The notes under the pieces are model-generated. The model saw only the letters and a program-made list of their open reading frames with translations, made no database searches and was not told the origin of the DNA. Both the position numbers and the translations under genes were made by a program. A stretch of 63,161 nucleotides of DNA, filler included, from Saprolegnia diclina VS20 (Eukaryota), in the NCBI RefSeq assembly GCF_000281045.1. It is 6 parts of 2 records of this genome, joined end to end, with 100 filler letters (N's around TTAATTAATTAA, not from the genome) between each part and the next. Parts side by side here need not be neighbours in the genome. Positions count along the whole stretch, not along the records: positions 1 to 26,599 come from NW_008246074.1; 5 more parts are not named here. One strand, given 5' to 3'. Of the stretch, positions 12,805 through 21,298 are shown piece after piece. How positions within the stretch are numbered: the first letter of the stretch is position 1; the number at the start of each line of letters is the position of its first letter.

Positions 12805-14226
12805 TTAGTACGTGTCACCGCGGCACTTGAAGAACTGCTCGTTGATGTTGCCAAACGCTTCCAGCGCAATCGACGCCTTTCCCGTCAAAAGCGCCTCGAG
12901 CGACGCCAATTGGTCCGTGAGCGCCGAGATGCCCCACTCGAGCTTGAAGGACGCCGAGAGGTCGACGGCGCCGCCGCCGACGCAGTTGTGGTAGTAGAGC
13001 ACGAGCACCTTCTCGATCTCAATATCGCACTCGAGCGACGAGAGGCCCTGGAGCGTGCACTGCGCCGCGAGGGCCGCGCGCCACTTGAAGTAGACGTCCG
13101 TGGCCTTGTTGGGCGCGGCGATCTCGGTGATGTTGGACTCGGACTGCACGACCGCGCACGGCGTCTCGGCGAGCACCTGGAGCGGTCCCGTAAACTCGTA
13201 CTCGTAGCTGTTGTCGCCGAGGTCGGTCGTGTCGGCGAGCTGGTACATCTTGTTGGGAATGTCCTTGAAGAACGGCGACGTGATCTGGGCCGGCGACCGC
13301 ACGTCGACGACCGAGAGACCGTTGGTGATGGCGTTCATCTTGACGTTGGAGGTCGAGGTGATCGGAAAGATGCCGCCGATCTTGCAGCCTTCAAAGACGA
13401 GCGGGTTGCTCTGCTTGGCGGCGTCGTCGAGCTCGAGCGGACGCACGCGGCAGTTGTAGTACATGGTGTGGAGCGCGTCGATGGTGGCGTGCAGCGCAAA
13501 GAAGAGCGGGTCCGAGGGACCGACCCACGGGTTGGCGAGCGCGCCGAGCAAGTGAAAGTGCATAAAGAGGCTCGGACCCCACTCGAGGCGGCGGTTGAGG
13601 TCGCCAAAGCTCGCGCTCTTGAAGAGAATCCGGCGCAGGTTGGTCGGCGTCACCGAGCACGGGAAGCGCGTCAGGTGGTACGGACCCCGGGGCACGCAGC
13701 GCGAGCACAAGATCGAGCTCGGGTTTTGCCACTGGCAATAGTGGTTGAGCGGCGCGGCCTTGTCGCACCGACCGGGCACCGGGAACCCGTTGATGAGCGA
13801 GACATGCGGCCAGATGGACGGCGTCGCGCTCCCGAGCTCGTTGACGATCGACGAGCAGCTCGCAATGTCCTTGCACTCGCCCGAGAGCGACTTGACGTTG
13901 TCGTTGACAAAGTCGTAGTACGGCAGCGTGAGGCACGCAAACTCGGGCTTGAGCGACCGCAGCATGTTTTCAAAGCCGAGGAGGTACTGCCGGTGCCAGA
14001 AGAGGAACCCGCACGTGTTGTGCGACGACGCGTGCGAGAGGATCTCGCGGTGCATCGACACGAAGCGCTCGTAGAGACCCTGGTCCATGGCGAGAGCCAC
14101 CGCGCTCTTGAAGGTCGCCTTCTCGTCCGCATCGAGGGCGTCCCACGACTTGCGCACGCGGGTGCCGCAGCAGCCGTACGCCTTGCCGCACTTGGCGCCA
14201 GCAACGGACGAGGTCGCGTTGGACGA
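12805..14226 (-). CDS. Tyrosinase-like protein, copy 1 (5' end lost in assembly gap)
   Basis: Near-identical to 15747-17234; CuA HNTCGFLFWH and CuB-region DPLFFALHATID motifs; runs into the N gap at 14227. Confidence 0.9.
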   Translation of the reverse strand, partial: SSNATSSVAGAKCGKAYGCCGTRVRKSWDALDADEKATFKSAVALAMDQGLYERFVSMHREILSHASSHNTCGFLFWHRQYLLGFENMLRSLKPEFACLTLPYYDFVNDNVKSLSGECKDIASCSSIVNELGSATPSIWPHVSLINGFPVPGRCDKAAPLNHYCQWQNPSSILCSRCVPRGPYHLTRFPCSVTPTNLRRILFKSASFGDLNRRLEWGPSLFMHFHLLGALANPWVGPSDPLFFALHATIDALHTMYYNCRVRPLELDDAAKQSNPLVFEGCKIGGIFPITSTSNVKMNAITNGLSVVDVRSPAQITSPFFKDIPNKMYQLADTTDLGDNSYEYEFTGPLQVLAETPCAVVQSESNITEIAAPNKATDVYFKWRAALAAQCTLQGLSSLECDIEIEKVLVLYYHNCVGGGAVDLSASFKLEWGISALTDQLASLEALLTGKASIALEAFGNINEQFFKCRGDTY

Positions 14227-15181
14227 NNNNNNNNNNNNNNNNNNNNNNNNNNNNNNNNNNNNNNNNNNNNNNNNNNNNNNNNNNNNNNNNNNNNNNNNNN
14301 NNNNNNNNNNNNNNNNNNNNNNNNNNNNNNNNNNNNNNNNNNNNNNNNNNNNNNNNNNNNNNNNNNNNNNNNNNNNNNNNNNNNNNNNNNNNNNNNNNNN
14401 NNNNNNNNNNNNNNNNNNNNNNNNNNNNNNNNNNNNNNNNNNNNNNNNNNNNNNNNNNNNNNNNNNNNNNNNNNNNNNNNNNNNNNNNNNNNNNNNNNNN
14501 NNNNNNNNNNNNNNNNNNNNNNNNNNNNNNNNNNNNNNNNNNNNNNNNNNNNNNNNNNNNNNNNNNNNNNNNNNNNNNNNNNNNNNNNNNNNNNNNNNNN
14601 NNNNNNNNNNNNNNNNNNNNNNNNNNNNNNNNNNNNNNNNNNNNNNNNNNNNNNNNNNNNNNNNNNNNNNNNNNNNNNNNNNNNNNNNNNNNNNNNNNNN
14701 NNNNNNNNNNNNNNNNNNNNNNNNNNNNNNNNNNNNNNNNNNNNNNNNNNNNNNNNNNNNNNNNNNNNNNNNNNNNNNNNNNNNNNNNNNNNNNNNNNNN
14801 NNNNNNNNNNNNNNNNNNNNNNNNNNNNNNNNNNNNNNNNNNNNNNNNNNNNNNNNNNNNNNNNNNNNNNNNNNNNNNNNNNNNNNNNNNNNNNNNNNNN
14901 NNNNNNNNNNNNNNNNNNNNNNNNNNNNNNNNNNNNNNNNNNNNNNNNNNNNNNNNNNNNNNNNNNNNNNNNNNNNNNNNNNNNNNNNNNNNNNNNNNNN
15001 NNNNNNNNNNNNNNNNNNNNNNNNNNNNNNNNNNNNNNNNNNNNNNNNNNNNNNNNNNNNNNNNNNNNNNNNNNNNNNNNNNNNNNNNNNNNNNNNNNNN
15101 NNNNNNNNNNNNNNNNNNNNNNNNNNNNNNNNNNNNNNNNNNNNNNNNNNNNNNNNNNNNNNNNNNNNNNNNNNNNNNNNN
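14227..15181. other. Assembly gap (955 N)
   Basis: Run of N. Confidence 0.99.
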
Positions 15182-15746
15182 AGCATACCAGGTAGCTAGC
15201 ATCCTGGCTATAATACATTCGGTCCAGCGTCCTTGGTGGCACGCTGCAGCTTGCAAGATTAAGAGTTACGAGCTCTATCGATTAACGGAGCCATCAAGTT
15301 CATCATTCGCTTTATCACAGCGTGTAATGGAGCGAACCTCTCGTAAAACAAACATCAGATAACACACGCTGCAATCACACAGGCCCAGCACAAACCAACC
15401 ACGCTCGCATGCTCCCACTCTGTCTGCCTCGAGGCTGTCATGTTGGCTCAACAACCACGGTACAACTCTGCCCCCGACCACCCCGTGGTATCTGCAACCA
15501 GCCGATGCAACCGATCAGGTGTCGGTCCAAAATTGTGCCGCCATTTCACACACCACCTCGCCAAGATGCGCACCTTCCCACGGACTGCATCAACCTCCGA
15601 CACCAGATCTCAGTCTGGATCGCATGTTAGCTCTGTGAATGACGCCCCGTCGTCGGCATTGCCAGTGAGATCGACTCCATCGACCGCCCTGCGCTCACTT
15701 ATCAACTCACTCGACCTCGAGTACATCCCATCAAATCACTATACAA

Positions 15747-17234
15747 ATGGCCTATTACAAGCTTCTTCTCGCGGCCATCTTCTGCATCCTCGGCGTCTCG
15801 GCGCTCGAGGCGTCGTCCAATACCACCTCATCCGTTGCTGGCGCCAAGTGCGGCAAGGCGTACGGCTGCTGCGGCACCCGCGTGCGCAAGTCGTGGGACG
15901 CCCTCGATGCGGACGAGAAGGCGACCTTCAAGAGCGCAGTCGCTCTCGCCATGGACAAGGGTCTCTACGAGCGCTTCGTGTCGATGCACCGCGAGATCCT
16001 CTCGCACGCGTCGTCGCACAACACGTGCGGGTTCCTCTTCTGGCACCGGCAGTACCTCCTCGGCTTTGAAAACATGCTGCGGTCGCTCAAGCCCGAGTTT
16101 GCGTGCCTCACGCTGCCGTACTACGACTTTGTCAACGACAACGTCAAGTCGCTCGCAGGCGAGTGCAAGGACATTGCGAGCTGCTCGTCGATCGTCAACG
16201 AGCTCGGGAGCGCGACGCCGTCCATCTGGCCGCAAGTCTCGCTCATCAACGGGTTCCCGGTGCCCGGTCGGTGCGACAAGGCCGCGCCGCTCAACCACTA
16301 TTGCCAGTGGCAAAACCCGAGCTCGATCTTGTGCTCGCGCTGCGTGCCCCGGGGTCCGTACCACCTGACGCGCTTCCCGTGCTCCGTGACGCCGACCAAC
16401 CTGCGCCGGATTCTCTTCAAGAGCGCGAGCTTTGGCGACCTCAACCGCCGCCTCGAGTGGGGTCCGAGCCTATTTATGCACTTTCACTTGCTCGGCGCGC
16501 TCGCCAACCCGTGGGTCGGTCCCTCGGACCCGCTCTTCTTTGCGCTGCACGCCACCATCGACGCGCTCCACACCATGTACTACAACTGCCGCGTGCGTCC
16601 GCTCGAGCTCGACGACGCCGCCAAGCAGAGCAACCCGCTCGTCTTTGAAGGCTGCAAGATCGGCGGCATCTTTCCGATCACCTCGACCTCCAACGTCAAG
16701 ATGAACGCCATCACCAACGGTCTCTCGGTCGTCGACGTGCGGTCGCCGGCCCAGATCACGTCGCCGTTCTTCAAGGACATTCCCAACAAGATGTACCAGC
16801 TCGCCGACACGACCGACCTCGGCGACAACAGCTACGAGTACGAGTTTACGGGACCGCTCCAGGTGCTCGCCGAGACGCCGTGCGCGGTCGTGCAGTCCGA
16901 GTCCAACATCACCGAGATCGCCGCGCCCAACAAGGCCACGGACGTCTACTTCAAGTGGCGCGCGGCCCTCGCGGCGCAGTGCACGCTCCAGGGCCTCTCG
17001 TCGCTCCAGTGCGATATCGAGATCGAGAAGGTGCTCGTGCTCTACTACCACAACTGCGTCGCCGGCGGCGCCGTCGACCTCTCGGCGTCCTTCAAGCTCG
17101 AGTGGGGCATCTCGGCGCTCACGGACCAATTGGCGTCGCTCCAAGCGCTTTTGACGGGAAAAGCGTCGATTGCGCTGGAAGCGTTTGGCAACATCAACGA
17201 GCAGTTCTTCAAGTGCCGCGGTGACACGTACTAA
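15747..17234 (+). CDS. Secreted tyrosinase-like protein, copy 2 (495 aa, single exon)
   Basis: Signal peptide MAYYKLLLAAIFCILGVSALEA; RVRKSW; SMH...HNTCGFLFWHRQYL (CuA); LPYYD; GPSLFMH...DPLFFALHATID (CuB region). Confidence 0.93.
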   Translation: MAYYKLLLAAIFCILGVSALEASSNTTSSVAGAKCGKAYGCCGTRVRKSWDALDADEKATFKSAVALAMDKGLYERFVSMHREILSHASSHNTCGFLFWHRQYLLGFENMLRSLKPEFACLTLPYYDFVNDNVKSLAGECKDIASCSSIVNELGSATPSIWPQVSLINGFPVPGRCDKAAPLNHYCQWQNPSSILCSRCVPRGPYHLTRFPCSVTPTNLRRILFKSASFGDLNRRLEWGPSLFMHFHLLGALANPWVGPSDPLFFALHATIDALHTMYYNCRVRPLELDDAAKQSNPLVFEGCKIGGIFPITSTSNVKMNAITNGLSVVDVRSPAQITSPFFKDIPNKMYQLADTTDLGDNSYEYEFTGPLQVLAETPCAVVQSESNITEIAAPNKATDVYFKWRAALAAQCTLQGLSSLQCDIEIEKVLVLYYHNCVAGGAVDLSASFKLEWGISALTDQLASLQALLTGKASIALEAFGNINEQFFKCRGDTY

Positions 17235-17796
17235 GCGGGACTAGTAGGTGTTGTCAGCGTGTGACACATGTATATTGTCGTAGTGTATATCTGCAGTGAT
17301 GGCGATCGAAGGCATCATGGTAACAGTAGCGTCCACTGCGATCGAAGCAGCGGCTCAAGTGAATAGCAGATTTGGTTATATTGGTTCTATGTGTTGTGCT
17401 ACAAGTCATGGCGTCTGAAGTCGAGAAATGCTCTTTGAAGTAGACACGTGTTCGCGTAGAATTCAAGCTTGGCAAACGAGCTAAATTACGTTGCTTACGA
17501 CGTAAGAATGTCTTGAATATACTCTACAAGTGTGCTCATACTTGGAGGCAAAGGACCTTACAAACTCACAAACCCTAACCCACGTCGACCTTCGAGGTCT
17601 TGTGCGAGATGTGGCAGGATAGACCAACCCAGTTACCGCATCCTTCGTCGTCAAGTATCTATATAGTCTCTTCATCAGCTCCACTAATCGTTTTTCGACT
17701 TGCCAGCAGCTGCCACTGTCACCTAGTTGGACCTTGTTGTAGTTGAAAAACAGTTATACGATACGCGACGACGATTTTTACGGTAGACGACCGTGT

Positions 17797-19236
17797 TTAC
17801 AAGCCATATTTCTCTTGGACCGGGTGAGTCTTGGAGTGGTAGACGATTTCGTGGCCCTGCTTGCTCCAAATGAGCGCCGGGGGCCAGGTCGACGAGTCAA
17901 AGATGTGGGCGTTGGGCGCGGCTTCGGCGAGCGTTCGAAAATGCGGTAAAATTTGCGTCGCGGCGCCTTCGACGATCTCGCGGGGAACGTTCCGCCCGTA
18001 GCCGCGGCTTCGCGCCTCAACGCGGTCGAGCGCCATCTCGATTGGCACGTCGACGCACATGACGTGGATCTCGTAGCTCGGGTCAAGACTGTCGAGCAAG
18101 CTCCGGTATGTATCGAGGGACCTTCCAGACCCGTGCAAGATGATGTTCATGCGCTCGTGCATGGCGTGCGCGAGGTTGGAGTTCAAAATGAACTTGGCTT
18201 CCTCTTGGCAGTGGCTGTACCGGACGTGCGGGTCCATCGAGAGGCCCGGCGGCGGCGCTTCGGCAAAGTTGCCGAGGCCAATGTTGAGCATCGCTTGGTA
18301 AAATTCCGGTAAAAGCGCCGTAATATCGTCCACGTCAAAATTGACAAAGTCGTTGAGCACGATGCGGCCCGTTTGGTCGAGTTCCGAGAGAATTGACGTT
18401 TTGCCAGAGCCTGGAATGCCCAAGAGCAAAATGAACTTGGGACTCGCGAGCTTGGACGGCAAGTGCGGGTGAAAGTACAGCTGGGCTGCGATCCGCGCGT
18501 GAAGACGCTGTCGCTCCTTCGAGTACGTATGCGGCCCCGACGAAGACGACGATGTGCCATTCGGCTCAAGCGGGTGCTCGACCACCGGCTTGGCGACGAG
18601 CGTCGACTGTGTGTAAATGTCGAGAAAGCACGGGCCGCTGGTTTGGCACTCGAGAACGGTCGTGCCCAGCACCTCAAGTTCGTGCAGAAATGAGTTGAGG
18701 AGGTGCGGCGCGTTGACGACGTGGACGAGCGTGTTGTGCGCGTCTTTCGCACTCGGCGCGGTCGTCAACGGCGTCAGCAGCGACGGTTCGTTCTTCATCA
18801 CGATCGAGCCGTTGTAGGCTTCGATGAGCTTGTGCACCGGCGACAGCGCGGCCTCGGGGATCGACAGGCGGAAGAGCGCTTGGCTCTGCACGAGGCAGGC
18901 GTCGTCGAGCAGCAGCTGCTGGGCGGTCGTGACGTGGAAGAAGGGCACCGAGACGATGCGCTGGAGGTTGCGCAGAATGCGGTTGGCCTTGTGCGCCGAC
19001 AGAATCGCCGAGATGTTCATGCGCGAGAGCTCGGGCACGTGCGTCGGCCGCGCTGTGAGCGACGTAATGTTGGCGTCGTGCCGAGCAAACGCGGTCGCCA
19101 CTTGGCCCAAGACGCCCGCCCGGTTGATGACGAGGAGTGAGAAATACCGCTCTTCCTCCTTGGACGCCGATGGCAGCGCGCAGAAACCGCGGACGAACGA
19201 CGCGAGGTGTCGCCCGAAAGCGCTCCGTCGCTGCAT
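17797..19236 (-). CDS. Fusion of an acetolactate-synthase small-subunit-like module (ACT + ALS_ss_C) and a zeta-toxin/AAA_33-like P-loop kinase; probable mitochondrial presequence
   Basis: Single 479-aa ORF from ATG 19236 (MQRRSAFGRHLASFVRGFCA). FSLLVINRAGVLGQVATAFARHDANITSL...ELSRMNI is IlvH-type ACT; ...VLECQTSGPCFL is ALS_ss_C-like; PKFILLLGIPGSGKT, FDVDD and ALDRVEAR..GYGRNVP are zeta-like. Confidence 0.85.
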   Translation of the reverse strand: MQRRSAFGRHLASFVRGFCALPSASKEEERYFSLLVINRAGVLGQVATAFARHDANITSLTARPTHVPELSRMNISAILSAHKANRILRNLQRIVSVPFFHVTTAQQLLLDDACLVQSQALFRLSIPEAALSPVHKLIEAYNGSIVMKNEPSLLTPLTTAPSAKDAHNTLVHVVNAPHLLNSFLHELEVLGTTVLECQTSGPCFLDIYTQSTLVAKPVVEHPLEPNGTSSSSSGPHTYSKERQRLHARIAAQLYFHPHLPSKLASPKFILLLGIPGSGKTSILSELDQTGRIVLNDFVNFDVDDITALLPEFYQAMLNIGLGNFAEAPPPGLSMDPHVRYSHCQEEAKFILNSNLAHAMHERMNIILHGSGRSLDTYRSLLDSLDPSYEIHVMCVDVPIEMALDRVEARSRGYGRNVPREIVEGAATQILPHFRTLAEAAPNAHIFDSSTWPPALIWSKQGHEIVYHSKTHPVQEKYGL

Positions 19237-20094
19237 GAGCTGCCTTTTTATAAAGGTGGGTGCCAATCAGATAGCATTTGAGAGGTCCTGCGAGAATACA
19301 TACTTCAAGACGCTGCTTGGACCGCTCAGCAAAATACATTTAGTGGAATGGACGTGGCGTGTGGCGTAGCAGACGCGGGTGCATCACCAACATCACTGGC
19401 TCCCTCGCGGGAGATGCATGCACCTGGAGACTTGTGGTCGCTGGCATTGACGGCTGGTACGCGCTAGGTCTATTGCCAGTGGTCGTGCGAGCGACGGTCG
19501 CGCCATACTCAGTACAACAAGTGCCAGGATACTGCTTAATGACTCGAGAACTAGACGTGCGAATATGCGCGTTGGCAAAGGTAGGTAGACATGGATAGGA
19601 TTCGAGTTTGCCCTTGCCAGCAACCGTGTGGCCGAAATTGACGTTGAAGTTGCGGTCCAGGGTCTGGTTATCCGGATAATGTGGGGTGGTGCCCTTTCTA
19701 TAGATCGCCACCGCTCTCTGCCACGTCAGCGCTTTCGTAGCGCTCAACCTGCGCTGCTCTTTGGTGCTGCATTTGCTGCGAGTTAGCACCAACTGCCGTT
19801 CGGTGCAGAGATACCCTATTTTCACAAGCCCCAAGACCTCAAACGCTGCCAATGATACTAGTATTGTCTAGCCAAGGTGCAATGGTGCCGTTCAGCCCAC
19901 TTCTGCGTCGCGCCAGAGGTCTTGAATCGCCCTAGTGCAAAGTAATAGAGAGTACATCGCCACCATCGCGCGGCCTCGCGTCCCGACAGGGGCGGTAGGA
20001 TGGACTTTTGCTCGATCGACTGGCTCCTTGCGTTTGATTATCCGGATCCGCCGGATATTTCAACTGGCTGCATCATTTTGGATTCCAAGACGCA

Positions 20095-21082
20095 ATGAGC
20101 CGCCGAGGACCGCCGCCGCAGACGCCCGCGGGCCTCCCCGAGATCCAGCAGATGATGCAAGCCATGATGGGACGTGTGCAAGTGGGCGGTGATGGCGGCG
20201 CTTTGGGCTCGGACGACGAGTCGGACGAAGACTTCGACGAGGACGACGACGAGGACGACTACGACGACGACTACGACGACGACTACGCCCCGCTCAAGCC
20301 CACGCGGCGGACGCCCGCCTCCGAAGCGCGTCTCGAGCTGCGCCAGTCGCAGATGTTTGTGCCTCGGCGCTGCGAAGTCGTCGGCTGCGACCGTCTCGAT
20401 GTCAAGCACTGCGCCAAGTGCCGGTGCGTGTTCTACTGCGGCCGCGACCACCAGCTCCAAGACTGGCCACGCCACAAGATCGACTGCAAGCACATTGCGT
20501 CTCTGGGCCTCTCGGGCATCCCGTACAACGAGGCCGACGAGCTAACCAAGTACCCGATTGGGTGCTTCCCCGTCGAGACGACGGACCTCGAGACGTGCTT
20601 CATCTGCGGGGCCGGCGAGAATGAAGTCAACTTGGGCGTCACCCAGTGCTGCGGGCTCACGGTCTGTGACAACGAGCACGAGTACCAGATGATGAGCTAC
20701 AGCCGCACCCACTGCATGCGGTCCCACAACCGGTACGCGTCCCGATATGACCACCAACGATCATCAATGCGACTGCCGTAGGTACACGACGTGTGGCTCG
20801 CACGCCAACGAAGGCCACAGGCACAACGACTGGCGCACGTGCCCGCACGTCGACTGCGCGAAGCAGCGCGAGTGCCCGGACGACGAACGTGGCGGCGGCG
20901 GCGGCCGCAGCTGGTACAGCACCAACGGCTTCAACTCGACGCCGATGCTCGGGTCGTCGATCCCCAAGGGCAGCATGATCACAGGCAAGTGTGCGACCTG
21001 CCCGCGCCGCCTCTTGGACGGCTGGGAAGGCGTGACCATGTCCCGCGCCGGCACGCAGTGCACGCGCTGCGTCGCCCACTAA
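20095..21082 (+). CDS. MYND zinc-finger protein with acidic tract and Cys/His-rich C-terminal domain (2 exons)
   Basis: CEVVGC...CAKCRCVFYCGRDHQLQDWPRHKIDC is zf-MYND; an intron after HNR (gtacgc...ccgtag) joins YTTCGSH...CTRCVAH*; GAC-repeat-encoded poly-Asp at 20212-20286. Confidence 0.88.
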
Positions 21083-21121
21083 TTCGCCACGACACTCGTG
21101 GACAGGTTCTGTCGGCGTGCG

Positions 21122-21175
21122 GTTGCGGGTTCGAATCCCGCAACGTCACGAATTTTGCGCATTTTCCGTGACGTT
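21122..21175 (+). other. tRNA T-arm-like hairpin with Pol III B-box, overlapping a second hairpin
   Basis: gttgcggg-TTCGAAT-cccgcaac (8-bp stem) at 21122-21144; aacgtcacg...cgtgacgtt at 21142-21175; no complete cloverleaf seen. Confidence 0.4.
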
Positions 21176-21298
21176 TGAATATATGAAATGCATCCGCATT
21201 GTGGTTGCGGGGCAGATTGGGGCATACAGGAGACTAGTATATATATTACACGTTGGCAGATGCTTCGTCGAACGCGACCGCGCTAGCGCTGTATACAG

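Larger units (their letters stand above)
12785..17254. repeat. Large inverted duplication carrying the two tyrosinase genes (divergent)
   Basis: 12785-14226 is the near-exact reverse complement of ~15813-17254; identity ends about 20 nt past both stop codons (taagcgggactagtaggtgttgt). Confidence 0.92.

Noticed and set aside
12910..15256. Long ORFs spanning the N gap
   Set aside because: Artefacts of translating N as X.
17797..18450. Bacterial epsilon/zeta toxin-antitoxin operon or contamination
   Set aside because: No antitoxin gene is nearby; the ORF has a eukaryotic presequence and host-like codon usage, and lies among intron-containing genes on the same contig.
21085..21150. Complete tRNA gene
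   Set aside because: Only the T-arm is present; no matching acceptor stem, D-arm or anticodon arm.
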